DNA of 64,000 bases, taken from positions 62,001 through 126,000 of the forward strand of contig JAXLQJ010000006.1 in the NCBI GenBank assembly GCA_046331705.1, given 5' to 3'. This DNA is from a bacterium. GTDB lineage: Bacteria > JADJOY01. A program made the position numbers and the translations under genes. Below are positions 29,683 to 39,160 of the stretch, one piece after another. Numbering within the stretch: position 1 is the stretch's first letter; each line of letters starts with the position of its first letter. The notes under the pieces were generated by a model that saw nothing but the letters and a program-made list of their open reading frames with translations, had not been told where the DNA came from and searched no databases.

Positions 29683-30495
29683 CTACGACTCGGGGTCAGG
29701 GGCGCCAGGGAGAATGCCGCCGCAGTGGGGACACGACGCTTGCTTCCTGCGTGCCGCGATCCCTTCCTCGATCAACCCCGCACCGAGAATGCCGGCTGGT
29801 AAGGCGAAGAATCCAATCCCCAGCACCGCGATCACCGACGCGACCAATTTTCCGAGGTCCGTCACAGGGTAGGTGTCGCCGTAGCCCACCGTCGTCAGGG
29901 TCATCACCGCCCACCACATCGACGCGGGGATACTCGTGAACACCTCCGGCTGAGCTTCGGACTCCGCGTGGTACATCAGCGACGCCGCGAGGATCAAGAG
30001 AACGAAGAGAACAGCGAACGTGAGCACCAGTTGCTCGCGTTGACGGCGGAACGCAGCAGCCATGTGCTGCATCGCTCTCGAATACCGACCCAGGCGGGCA
30101 AGGCGAAACGTGCGGAGGAGCCGGAACACCCGAACGAACCGCGCGTCGAGCGGCAGCGCCGCCAAGTAGAACGGGAGGATCGCGGTCAGGTCGAGAAGAG
30201 CCATCGGCGACAGCGCGAATCTGATCCGCCCCGCCACCGGGGACGACCATCGTGGATCCTCGACGCACGACCAAATCCTGACCAGGTACTCCGCCGAAAA
30301 GATGGCGACTGAAACCACCTCGAACCGGTCGAACGCGACCGGTGCCATCCGGTAGACGCTGCCCACGGTGCCGATCACGGCCGCCGCCACGTTGAGACCA
30401 ATCAGCATCATCAAGGCGCCGCCCACGGCCTGAGCCACCCGGTCTCCAGCCGGACGTGACTCCAGTAGGTCGAAGCAGCGTCGTCGAAGCGTCAC
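29683..30495 (-). CDS. 6-TM voltage-gated-type potassium channel (ion transporter)
   Basis: S4 RFVRVFRLLRTFRLARLGR; pore TLTTVGYGD; C-terminal CPHCG. Confidence 0.93.
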   Translation of the reverse strand: MTLRRRCFDLLESRPAGDRVAQAVGGALMMLIGLNVAAAVIGTVGSVYRMAPVAFDRFEVVSVAIFSAEYLVRIWSCVEDPRWSSPVAGRIRFALSPMALLDLTAILPFYLAALPLDARFVRVFRLLRTFRLARLGRYSRAMQHMAAAFRRQREQLVLTFAVLFVLLILAASLMYHAESEAQPEVFTSIPASMWWAVMTLTTVGYGDTYPVTDLGKLVASVIAVLGIGFFALPAGILGAGLIEEGIAARRKQASCPHCGGILPGAPDPES

Positions 30496-30614
30496 CTAGG
30501 GATCTCGCTAAGACCGAACCCGCCGGAAACACGCGCAGCGGCGGGTTGTGCGCAGGTAATCCTAGGAACCGGCGGCGGTCTGCGCAAGGCGAACCGCATG
30601 ACGGCGCTCCCGGC

Positions 30615-30707
30615 CTTGGCCAGGTTGGCGAGGATCTCGCGCGCTTCCTCGCACGTGATCTCGCGGCCGTACAGCGGGCTCCGGATCTTGATCGTGTAGT
30701 CGATGCC
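30615..30707 (-). pseudogene. Fragment of a small protein of the kind often found upstream of large serine recombinases
   Basis: Reads IDYTIKIRSPLYGREITCEEAREILANL, with no start codon (in-frame TGA just upstream). Family recalled from pattern only. Confidence 0.45.
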
Positions 30708-30930
30708 TGATGATCACGTTGTGGCACTGACGCGATGAGCGTCGGCGGCTCGGGTGGTGCGGTGTTAGCGGCGTTTCCATCGCCGCGGATCGCGGCTCGC
30801 GTGCATCACGCCAGCGACGACGATCGTCGCAACCGAAGACGACCGGCCTTCGTGTGGTCGGACCGTCGGTCTCCGCTCGTGAACCAATGGCCGCGGGTCG
30901 TGGCGGGTCGAGGGACGATCCGCGGAACCG

Positions 30931-32865
30931 TCACGGACGATCGCGCGCCCAGAACGATCGTCCGGCACCTTCCCACAGTCGCTGCGCCTGCCCGGTGGCG
31001 AGATCGACGAGGCCGAGCGCTGTGTTCCCCAACCCGGTGAACACGATCTGGCCGGTCGCCGTCACCGCGAGGTGCTCGATGTCGGGTTCCAGGACCGCGA
31101 CCTGCGTGACCTTGTGTGTGTGGAGGTTCATCGCGATCAACGAGTCGTAGACCGTCAGGAAGAGCAGCTGACCCGTCGGGTCGAGAGCGATGGCCGTGGG
31201 GCGGACGACGTCCGAGGCCCAGTCGCCGAGCGTGAGCTCACGCGCGCGATGAGCCGAGCGATCGACTTCGTAGACGCGATCGGCGAGCAGGTACGCCGCG
31301 CCGCATCGCGCAGCGAGCTCGACCTCGTAGGCGTAGTCGACGGAGGTCGGACCGTCGCGGCCGGCGCCGCGGACTTGCGGCGCTGGCTCGTGGCCGAATC
31401 CGATCGCGTCAGGCGGAATCACGGCGGTGGGGCTCGACGGCGCGTAGCTGGGGAATTCACCGGCGGCGACGAGCTCGCGGCCACCGTCACACGATGCGAG
31501 ATCGACCGCCCAGTCGTTCGATTGAGCGACACCCGGCGTCAGTGCCCCGGAGTCGAGATCGACGCGCGACACGTTGCTGCTGACCACGCGCGTCAGTCGG
31601 TCTTGGAACGAGTGCGCCGTGACGAGGACGAGCTCGTGCGGGGCGTCGAGCCACGCCAGCGAAAGCGCGTCCCACACGCCGAACGGGCGCTTCAGGGTTC
31701 CGGCGTAGGGCGGCGGAAGGTCGGCGCCGTTCGCCAGCTCGATCCGGCGAAGTCGATCGCTCGCTGGTCTCGGGTCCGCCACGATCGCGCTGCTTCCGTC
31801 GCCGTCGAGCGTGAGCGCTGCGGGCGCGCCCATTCCCGACACGAGCCGCGTGGCGCTGTGTGTGGTGGCGTCGTACTCGAAGACGTCGGACCCTGCGGCG
31901 AACCACATGTGATCGCAGCTCGCGTTGGTGGCGAGCGGCCCCACGGGATCGCCGAGGGAGAGGTCGCTCGGTACCTGGACCGTCGTGACGCGCTCGAGGG
32001 TCACGGGATCGAGACCGTCGAAGACGACCTGGTAGCCCGGCGCGGCCGCGTCACTCGCGACTCCGGGAGTGTGACCGCGGAAGAGCACGGTCCCGCCGCA
32101 CCCGAACGAAAGCGTCTCCGCGCGCCCGTCCGCAGCGCCGTCGACGAGCGAGCCGTCGGTGAGATCGCAGCGCCGCAGCGTTCCCTGAGGCTGGCTGATG
32201 TACGGAATGCTGAGCTCGCTGGTTTCGTAGAGCCAGCGGCCCGAGGGGTCGACGGCAGCCGGCAAGAGTTCCGCGCAGGTGTCGAGACGTTCGCGAGCGC
32301 CGGTCGCCACGTCGATGCGGTCGATGCCGCCGTTCCAGACGAAGAGATGCTTCGCGCCGGCATCGCCCAGGAATCCCCGTCCCGAGATCGAGGCCTCGAG
32401 AGTCGAGGAGTCGCCGGATGCGATGGTCACGCGGCGGACGAGCCCGCCCGAGATCATCGGCCCGGTGTACGTCGACGGCGGGTAGTCCTCGGGCGCGGCC
32501 TGTCCTTGAAGGGTGAGCGCCGTCGCACCGTTGCCCTCGCTCACGAGACCGACGAAGAATCCTGGGATGCGATTCAGCTCGCCGCTCGCGAGGTCGAGCA
32601 GCGCGAGCCGCCCGGCGCCGCGCTCCAAGATCAAGAGATGGCGTTCATCGCCCGACACCATGATCTCTTTCGGGTTCGAGAGCCCGCGCGCCGTCTCGGT
32701 GCCGAGGAGGATCGGCGTTGCCGGCAGTGGATACGGCGACTCGGAGGAGCTTCCGCCGCACGCCGCGGTGAATGCGAGCGCGAGCGTGAGCGAACGCGCG
32801 CACGCATGGATCCAGTGGTGCGAGCCACCGATCATGAGCACCCTCATCGCAGATGGACGGCACAC
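30931..32865 (-). CDS. Hypothetical lipoprotein with beta-propeller repeats
   Basis: Lipobox-like FTAAC-GGSS; repeats AVDPSGRWLY, IALDPTGQLLF, LTLDGDGSSAIV. Start uncertain. Confidence 0.7.
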   Translation of the reverse strand: MCRPSAMRVLMIGGSHHWIHACARSLTLALAFTAACGGSSSESPYPLPATPILLGTETARGLSNPKEIMVSGDERHLLILERGAGRLALLDLASGELNRIPGFFVGLVSEGNGATALTLQGQAAPEDYPPSTYTGPMISGGLVRRVTIASGDSSTLEASISGRGFLGDAGAKHLFVWNGGIDRIDVATGARERLDTCAELLPAAVDPSGRWLYETSELSIPYISQPQGTLRRCDLTDGSLVDGAADGRAETLSFGCGGTVLFRGHTPGVASDAAAPGYQVVFDGLDPVTLERVTTVQVPSDLSLGDPVGPLATNASCDHMWFAAGSDVFEYDATTHSATRLVSGMGAPAALTLDGDGSSAIVADPRPASDRLRRIELANGADLPPPYAGTLKRPFGVWDALSLAWLDAPHELVLVTAHSFQDRLTRVVSSNVSRVDLDSGALTPGVAQSNDWAVDLASCDGGRELVAAGEFPSYAPSSPTAVIPPDAIGFGHEPAPQVRGAGRDGPTSVDYAYEVELAARCGAAYLLADRVYEVDRSAHRARELTLGDWASDVVRPTAIALDPTGQLLFLTVYDSLIAMNLHTHKVTQVAVLEPDIEHLAVTATGQIVFTGLGNTALGLVDLATGQAQRLWEGAGRSFWARDRP

Positions 32866-33348
32866 GCTCCATCCGCCACATGCGAGCCCCCGTCACGCCG
32901 GGATCGGACGTGGACCGGCAACAACCACTAGCGTCAGCCACGAAAGCATGCGCATGACGAGGCGGCAAACGAGGCGAGGACGGGCGGCTCGCCGCAGGAG
33001 CCGCGGCACGAATCGTGGGCATGCACCCCTTTTCGATCAACGGCGTCACGGGCTCGAGCGCCGTCGCGATCGCGAGCGTCCCGCAGGCGAGCGTCGCGCG
33101 TCCGCGGGACGTTCCTCGCGGGCTGGTGGGGCGCCGATTGGCGTCGCTGCGACCGCAGTCCGTGCGCGAATCGTCTGCCGAGGGTGGATCGCGTGGGGAT
33201 GTGCGGCCTCTGCGCACGAGCTGCCTGGGCGAAGCCCGTAATGCGGGACGGGCTCCTGACGCGTGTTGCCGCAACGCCCATCGCGGCGCCTGCGCCGGTC
33301 ACAGCGCGCTGCGCGGACGCGCTCGATGACAGCGGCTCGTGCCCGCCT

Positions 33349-34059
33349 TCACGGTGCGGCGGCGGCTTCGAAGATTCGGGCGAAGCCTTCGACGAGCTGT
33401 TCGTCGGAGTAGAGCAGGGGATCGTCGACGCTCTCGACCATCCCCTTCATCGTGAGGAGCCCGATCGCGGCGAGGTTCGCGAGGAACGCCATGAGGCGGG
33501 GCTCGACGGGCGCTCGGCTCGGGCGCCTCTTCCGATCCTCGGTCAGCCGCTTCGCGGCGCCGGCGTACCAGAGGTCGTTGAGCGGGCGGATGCGCGCGAA
33601 CTGGTGGGCGTCGAAGTGGAGCGCGCCGTTGCCGGCGACCTGCCCCTGGAGGAACGCGAGTCGGAAGTCGTCGATGCGCGGTGCGAAGACGCGGACGGTC
33701 TCCTGGATGATCGCGCGTAGCGCCTGGCCGCCGTCCCGCGCCGCCTCGACGGCGTCGTGGACGGCGCGCGCATGGGTCTCGAGGGCGCGAAACACGAGCT
33801 CGAACAGGATCGCGTCCTTCGACGGGTAGTAGTAGTAGAGCGCGGTCTTCGTCACCCCGACCTCCTGGGCGACGGCGTCGAGGGTGGTGGCCGCGATGCC
33901 GTTGCGCATCAGCACGCGGCGCGCGCCCTCCAGGATCTCCTCGCGTGATTGCTCGCGGCGCCGCTCGCGGCGGGCGATTCTCGGGTTGGCGTCGGTGCGC
34001 GCTGGGGACGCGTTGCGGCGCTTGGCGGGGCTCGTGGCGCGTTTCGGTGCGGATCTCAT
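33349..34059 (-). CDS. TetR/AcrR family regulator
   Basis: ILEGARRVL..GIAATTLDAVAQEVGVTKTALYYYYPSK HTH. Confidence 0.93.
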   Translation of the reverse strand: MRSAPKRATSPAKRRNASPARTDANPRIARRERRREQSREEILEGARRVLMRNGIAATTLDAVAQEVGVTKTALYYYYPSKDAILFELVFRALETHARAVHDAVEAARDGGQALRAIIQETVRVFAPRIDDFRLAFLQGQVAGNGALHFDAHQFARIRPLNDLWYAGAAKRLTEDRKRRPSRAPVEPRLMAFLANLAAIGLLTMKGMVESVDDPLLYSDEQLVEGFARIFEAAAAP

Positions 34060-34108
34060 GATGGGAGTCTACCGTGATGCGTGTAATTTGACCAACGGTA
34101 GGTTTTTA

Positions 34109-34137
34109 TTGCGCACGGTCGATGATCGTGTTATCCA
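34109..34137 (+). promoter_or_regulatory. Putative sigma70 promoter with a palindromic operator in the spacer
   Basis: TTGCGC-N17-TATCCA; CACGGTC-gat-GATCGTG (6/7 arms) at 34114-34130; AT-rich divergent intergenic region. Confidence 0.45.
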
Positions 34138-34195
34138 TGGATTCACGAGCGCGCGCGAAGCGCCTCGCTCATGTCCCGACGAAAGGAGCCCAACC

Positions 34196-34915
34196 ATGAA
34201 GACCTCCACGCACGAGATCGCCGACCGCATCTACCGCATCTCCACCGTCGTCCCGGAGGCCGCCCCCGGCGGCTTCACGTTCAATCAGTTTCTCGTCGAC
34301 GCCGATCAGCCGCTGCTCTTCCACACCGGCCCACGCCGCATGTTCCCGCTGGTGTCGGAGGCGGTGGGGCGCATCGTGCCGCTCGAGCGGCTGCGATGGA
34401 TCACGTTCGGTCACGTGGAGTCCGACGAATGCGGCGCGATGAACCTGTTCCTCGCCGCCGCCCCGCGCGCCGAGGTCGCGCACGGCGCGATCGGCTGCAT
34501 GACCTCGCTCGAGGACCTGTGCGATCGGCCGCCGCGGAAGCTCGACGACGGCGAGGTGCTCGATCTGGGCGGCAAGCGAGTCCGCCACCTGGACACGCCG
34601 CACGTTCCGCACAACTGGGAGGCGCGCGTCCTCTTCGAGGAGACCACCAAGACGCTCTTCTGCGGCGATCTCTTCACTCACCTCGGCGATGGTCCGGCGC
34701 TGACCGAAGGCGACATCGTCGGCCCCGCGCTCGCCGCGGAGGATGTCTTCCACGCCACCTCGCTCACGGCCGCCACCGGCCCGACGATCCGCCGGCTCGC
34801 GGCGCTCGAGCCGCGGACGCTCGCGATCATGCACGGCTCGTCGACGCAGACGCGCTGCGCCGAATCGCTCGCCAGCCTCGCCGACGCCTACGACGCGATG
34901 CTCGCACGCGGCTGA
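34196..34915 (+). CDS. MBL-fold di-iron protein (flavodiiron N-domain/ODP-like, no flavodoxin domain)
   Basis: FNQFLV, HVESDECG (HxExD), HVPHNWE, GDLF, HGS; AAGGAG RBS. Confidence 0.87.
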   Translation: MKTSTHEIADRIYRISTVVPEAAPGGFTFNQFLVDADQPLLFHTGPRRMFPLVSEAVGRIVPLERLRWITFGHVESDECGAMNLFLAAAPRAEVAHGAIGCMTSLEDLCDRPPRKLDDGEVLDLGGKRVRHLDTPHVPHNWEARVLFEETTKTLFCGDLFTHLGDGPALTEGDIVGPALAAEDVFHATSLTAATGPTIRRLAALEPRTLAIMHGSSTQTRCAESLASLADAYDAMLARG

Positions 34916-34941
34916 GAACCGGGATCCACCACCCCGAAGTC

Positions 34942-34974
34942 GCCGTTGGCGAGAGCACGACTCTCGCCAACGGC
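34942..34974. terminator. Strong hairpin between convergent genes
   Basis: GCCGTTGGCGAGAG-cacga-CTCTCGCCAACGGC, 14-bp perfect stem, no U tract. Confidence 0.55.
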
Positions 34975-35034
34975 CCGAGTGCCGCCACGCTGGCCGGCCG
35001 GATCGCGGCACCGCTCGGCGGGTGCCGACGCGCC

Positions 35035-36150
35035 TCACGACGCGCAGCTTCGAAATGCGCGGCGCAGGGCTTCGAAGGCCGGCTTTCGCGATCCGTCGCT
35101 GCGCACCAATCCCCAGTAGGGCTCGATTCGCTCGAACAGCGTCTCGCCCTGGAACCAGCGCATCCGCCCCTCGGGCGAGCAGAGGTTGTAGTAGTAGTAA
35201 CCATTCGCGCCGCTGCGGATGGTGGCCTCGATCGCGCGCTCGATGTATCGAACCTGGCCTTCCTCGCTGAACCCGCGATAGGCCGGCGCGGTGGGATAGC
35301 CGGCCTCGAGCACCATCACGGGCTTGCCCGCGGCGACGTCCAGCGCGGTCGCGGTGGTGCGCGCAACCTTCGCGCCGCGGGACCAATGGCCGAGGACGTA
35401 GTCGGGGTAGGCGTCGATCCCGATGACGTCGAGACGGTCGCGCCAGCGCGCGATGTCGCGGGTCCAGTGCATCCCCGGCAGCAGTCGGATGTCGGTCACG
35501 AAGTTGTGCGAGACCCGGGCCGTCGGGCTCTCGGTCTTCACGGCCTCGCGCAGCGTGTCGAGGATCGCGGTGAGGAACGACCAGCTCCACCACGAGCCAC
35601 CGAGTCGCCAGCGAACGAACGTCCGGGTCTCGCCGGCGCCGTTGAGCTCGTTCTCGAGCTGCCACAGCGAGACGCGGTCGCGGTACCGCCGCACGACCGC
35701 TCGCGCGTGAAGCAGCAGGTGCGCGAGGTAGCCCTCGCGTCCCACGATCGACGGGATGAACTTCATTCCGCTGGTCGGGTGCTCGAAGCTCGGTAGCGCG
35801 AAGTGGTAGCCGCCCCCCAAGACCAGGTGCAGCTCGATGCCGGCTGCGGTACACGCGTCCACCAGGTGGTCGTAGGCAGCCCAGCCGTGATTCTCGTCGC
35901 GGGCGTAGTCTTCCACTCGCTGATCCGTCACCTCGTGCCTGCCGAGCAGCGGTTGGGCGATGACGGGCTCGACGACTCCCCAGTGGATCCACGGGCGCCA
36001 CGCGTTCGCGCCCAGCTCGACCAGATGAGCCACGGCCTGGTCGATGCGCTGCTGCACGGCGAGCCCGCGATTCCAGGGGTAGAGCGAGTGGAAGAAGTTC
36101 ATGTGGCTGAAGCCCAGCCGGACCTGGTTCCCGAGATCGACCACGGCCAC
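35035..36150 (-). CDS. Glycoside hydrolase, clan GH-A TIM barrel (family not resolved)
   Basis: WQLENE acid/base-like, DVIGIDAYP, VMVLEAGYP nucleophile-like, WGLVRSDGSRKPAF. Confidence 0.8.
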   Translation of the reverse strand: MAVVDLGNQVRLGFSHMNFFHSLYPWNRGLAVQQRIDQAVAHLVELGANAWRPWIHWGVVEPVIAQPLLGRHEVTDQRVEDYARDENHGWAAYDHLVDACTAAGIELHLVLGGGYHFALPSFEHPTSGMKFIPSIVGREGYLAHLLLHARAVVRRYRDRVSLWQLENELNGAGETRTFVRWRLGGSWWSWSFLTAILDTLREAVKTESPTARVSHNFVTDIRLLPGMHWTRDIARWRDRLDVIGIDAYPDYVLGHWSRGAKVARTTATALDVAAGKPVMVLEAGYPTAPAYRGFSEEGQVRYIERAIEATIRSGANGYYYYNLCSPEGRMRWFQGETLFERIEPYWGLVRSDGSRKPAFEALRRAFRSCAS

Positions 36151-36270
36151 CCTCCCACACCCTCCCGCCGCCTGTGTTGGCGGCAGCGGACACCGGTATA
36201 GCCGCCCGCCGGCGACGGTCGCGGCAGTCCGCTCGACCGCTGCCGATGGCGACGCGGTGCTAGGGCTGCG

Positions 36271-37011
36271 TCAGAAGCCGAGGCCGAGCGCGTGGGCGCG
36301 GTCGAGGTGCGCTCGGCGCGCACAATCGTCGGCGCCGTAGACCGCGTAGAACGTCTCGCGCTCCACCCGCTGGATGCCGGGATAGCGCAGCGCGTACTCG
36401 TCGATGAGCGCGGTCATCGCGTCCTTCAGGCCCGCTTGGTAGGCCTGCTCGTCGAAGATCGTCGTCTGGATGATCAGCGCCTTGGTGTGCTCGAGCAGTG
36501 GGATGCGGCCGTGGATGTCGCCGCGCCACCCTTGCGGCGTGAGACCGAACGCGAAGCCGAGCGTGAAGACGCGCTCGATCCAGCCTTTGAGGATCGCCGG
36601 AAAGCCCACGAAATAGACCGGCGCGATGAAGGCGAGCGCATCGGCTGCAGCGACCTTGGCTTGCTGCTCGGCCACGTCGCGTGGCGGGCCGAGGGCGCGG
36701 ATGCGGCGCACCAGCTCGCGATCGTTCCGGTCGCCCATCCAGCGTTTCACCATCCAACGGCGCAGCGGGTTCTGAGCGCCGTCGAGGATGGCCTGACGGA
36801 TGTGCATGTCGGCGAGCACGTCGTCCGGCACGCTGTCGTCGATCCAGCACGGGCGGTCGCGGTCGCGCAGCACGGGATCGAAACCGATCGCGTGCAGGTC
36901 CACGACATCCACGGCGTGCCCCGCCTCGCGCAGACCGTCGGTGAAGCGCCCCAGGATGGCGTGGCAGAACGAGCGCGGGTGATGGTGAGCATAGATGGTC
37001 AGGACGCGCAT
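36271..37011 (-). CDS. NAD(P)H-dependent oxidoreductase, flavodoxin-2 (NQO/KefF/MdaB) family
   Basis: IYAHHHPRSFC, DLHAIGFDP, PVYFVGFPAILKGWIERV; GGAGG RBS. Confidence 0.88.
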   Translation of the reverse strand: MRVLTIYAHHHPRSFCHAILGRFTDGLREAGHAVDVVDLHAIGFDPVLRDRDRPCWIDDSVPDDVLADMHIRQAILDGAQNPLRRWMVKRWMGDRNDRELVRRIRALGPPRDVAEQQAKVAAADALAFIAPVYFVGFPAILKGWIERVFTLGFAFGLTPQGWRGDIHGRIPLLEHTKALIIQTTIFDEQAYQAGLKDAMTALIDEYALRYPGIQRVERETFYAVYGADDCARRAHLDRAHALGLGF

Positions 37012-37147
37012 GGTTCCTCCCCGGATGTCGATCCCCGCTGCCGCGCGCGTGCGGCGAGCGGTGCGAGGCGACGGCGAGCGCACCGAGCACCGCCCGAAGG
37101 AGTGAAGCGGGCGGGCCCCGCCCTGCGCCGGGCGCGGGATGGATCGG

Positions 37148-37393
37148 TCACGTGGTGGATGGCTGGAACCAGCTTTCGACTTTCGAACGTGACGGCACAC
37201 CGCCCGCGTGGACCACCTGGCCGTCGATGACGACACCGGGTGTGGCGAGGATCCCGAAGCGAGCGATGTCCTGGATCTGATCGACCTTGCTGAGCGTGAT
37301 CGGCACCCCTTTGCGCTTCGCCACGTCCTCGACGAGCTGGATCGTCGCGCGGCAATTCGAGCAGCCGGTTCCGAGCACCTGGACGTTCTTCAC
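37148..37393 (-). CDS. Small thioredoxin-like redox-active disulfide protein (MTH895 type)
   Basis: VQVLGTGCSNC..GILATPGVVIDG.VVHAGGVP; GTG start with AAGGAGG. Confidence 0.9.
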   Translation of the reverse strand: MKNVQVLGTGCSNCRATIQLVEDVAKRKGVPITLSKVDQIQDIARFGILATPGVVIDGQVVHAGGVPSRSKVESWFQPSTT

Positions 37394-37404
37394 GAGCGCC
37401 TCCT

Positions 37405-38478
37405 TCACAGCACCGCGTTGAACACGTAGCCGACCAGCAGGATGCCGGTCGCGACGATGCCGACGAACGCGGCGATCAGCGGTGGCTTGAGCACCTTGCG
37501 CAGAATCACGATCTCGGGGAGCGAGAGCGCGATCACGCTCATCATGAACGCGAGCACCGTCCCGAGCGCCGCGCCCTTCGAGAGCAGCGCCTCGACCACG
37601 GGGATGATCCCCGCGGCGTTCGAGTACATCGGCACGCCGATCAGCACCGACGCCGGCACGGCCCACCAGGCGTCCTTGCCCATGAGCCGCGCCATGAAGT
37701 CGGCGGGCACGTAACCGTGGATGGCGGCGCCCACGGCGATTCCTGCTACGACGTACGGCCACACCCGCCCGACGATCTCACGCACCGCCGCGAAGCCCGC
37801 TCGCACGCGCGCGGCGAGCGCGACGTGCTCGTGGCTGGCCGCCGCCTTCACCCGCGGCATGTCGCGCACCCAGTCTTCCAGGTGGCGCTCGAGGTGGAGC
37901 CGGCCGATGGTCCAGCCCGCCACGATCGCCACCGCGAGGCCGAGCACGAGGTAGAGCCCCGCGATCCGCCAGCCGAAGAGTCCGAGCAGCAGCGTGAGCG
38001 CGACTTCGTTCACCATCGGCGCCGCGATCAGGAAGGAGAACGTGACCCCGAGCGGAACTCCGGCTTGCACGAATCCGATGAAGAGCGGCACGGCGGAGCA
38101 CGAGCAAAACGGCGTCACGACGCCGAGCGACGCGGCGAGACCGTTGCCCAATCCCTCGCGACGGCCCGCGAGCAGCGACCGCGTCCGTTCCGCCGTGAAG
38201 TACGAGTTGACCATGCCCATGACCATCACCACGCCAGTCAGGAGCAGGAGGACCTTGGGCGTCTCGTAGCAGAAGAACCGAAGCGATTGGCCCAAGTGAG
38301 TGCCGGGGCTGACTGGCAACAGGCCCACCAACCGATCCGCGGCGGGCTCGAGCGATCGGTAGGCGAGCCATCCGATCACGCTGGCGCACGCCAGGAAGAT
38401 CCGGGGATGGAGGTCGGGCCAGTCCGCGAGCGTCCGCGGGCGTGGCTCGAGCTCCGGGGAAACGCCATCGCGGCTCAT
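37405..38478 (-). CDS. arsP: DUF318 permease (ArsP-like)
   Basis: TPFCSCSAVPLFIG, FLIAAPMVNE, GVPMYSN, ALSLPE motifs; arsenic-cluster context. Confidence 0.85.
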   Translation of the reverse strand: MSRDGVSPELEPRPRTLADWPDLHPRIFLACASVIGWLAYRSLEPAADRLVGLLPVSPGTHLGQSLRFFCYETPKVLLLLTGVVMVMGMVNSYFTAERTRSLLAGRREGLGNGLAASLGVVTPFCSCSAVPLFIGFVQAGVPLGVTFSFLIAAPMVNEVALTLLLGLFGWRIAGLYLVLGLAVAIVAGWTIGRLHLERHLEDWVRDMPRVKAAASHEHVALAARVRAGFAAVREIVGRVWPYVVAGIAVGAAIHGYVPADFMARLMGKDAWWAVPASVLIGVPMYSNAAGIIPVVEALLSKGAALGTVLAFMMSVIALSLPEIVILRKVLKPPLIAAFVGIVATGILLVGYVFNAVL

Positions 38479-38727
38479 CTCCCGCGGGATGGAGCACGCT
38501 TCGTGCCGATGCGCCCGGTCTGGTCTCGGCCGTTCTCCCGCGGGGCCACTCGACCGCAAGCACTCCGACTTCCGGTCCGTGGGCGCGTCGGCCGACGGCG
38601 CTCGCTCGGAGGGACGGTCGTCGGGCCGTGACGTTCGCGAGCCGGCGGGGATCGCCGGCAACACCGGCCGGTAACGGCGCTCGCGGTGTGACCCCGCAGG
38701 CCGATGCGGATCCCGCGCGTCCGCATC

Positions 38728-38762
38728 TTGACCACGCTCGGACATGCAGATATCCATATGTC
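38728..38762 (+). promoter_or_regulatory. arsR promoter with overlapping candidate ArsR operator
   Basis: TTGACC-N17-TATCCA; palindrome GACAT-nnn-GATATC-nnn-ATGTC at 38741-38762, 3 nt before the ATG. Confidence 0.65.
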
Positions 38763-38765
38763 CCC

Positions 38766-39131
38766 ATGGCATCTCGATTGGCGGTCGACGACCTGCAGCC
38801 GATCTCGCGGCTCTTCCGTGCGCTGGGAGACGAGACGCGGCTCAAGATCGTGGCGCTCTTGGCCCACGGCGAGCTCTGCGTCTGTCACATCCAGGATGCG
38901 CTCGCGTTGTCGCAGCCGGCGGTCTCGCGGCATCTATCGGTGCTTCGTGCCGCGGGGATCGTGGAGCCGCACCGCGCCGGGACGTGGGTGTACTACCGCC
39001 TGGTCCGACAGGCCGACGCCGAGTCCGAGCGCCAGTTGCGGGCGCTGGTCACCGCGTTTCGCGCCAAGACCGGAATGAAGAAGGAGCTCGAGCGGCTCAT
39101 GAAGGTGCGGGGGCCGGACTCGTGTCGTTGA
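38766..39131 (+). CDS. arsR: ArsR/SmtB family As(III)-responsive repressor
   Basis: FRALGDETRLKI, ELCVCH, SQPAVSRHL, G.WVYY. Confidence 0.92.
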   Translation: MASRLAVDDLQPISRLFRALGDETRLKIVALLAHGELCVCHIQDALALSQPAVSRHLSVLRAAGIVEPHRAGTWVYYRLVRQADAESERQLRALVTAFRAKTGMKKELERLMKVRGPDSCR

Positions 39132-39160
39132 TCGCTGGAGATGCGGGGCGGCAGGCGGGG

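Larger units (their letters stand above)
21903..30750. mobile_element. Decayed genomic island adjacent to tRNA-Arg
   Basis: Recombinase remnant next to the tRNA 3' end, visibly more A/T-ending codons than the flanks, defence-like cargo. Right boundary approximate; no att duplication seen. Confidence 0.65.

Noticed and set aside
21880-30900. attL/attR direct repeat of the tRNA 3' end
   Set aside because: No second copy of GGTTCAAATCCCTCCAGGCG found by eye; a computational search for shorter cores is still needed.
32870-33345. Possible small gene or ncRNA in the gap upstream of the lipoprotein
   Set aside because: Candidate ORFs have no motifs and I recognised no RNA structure.
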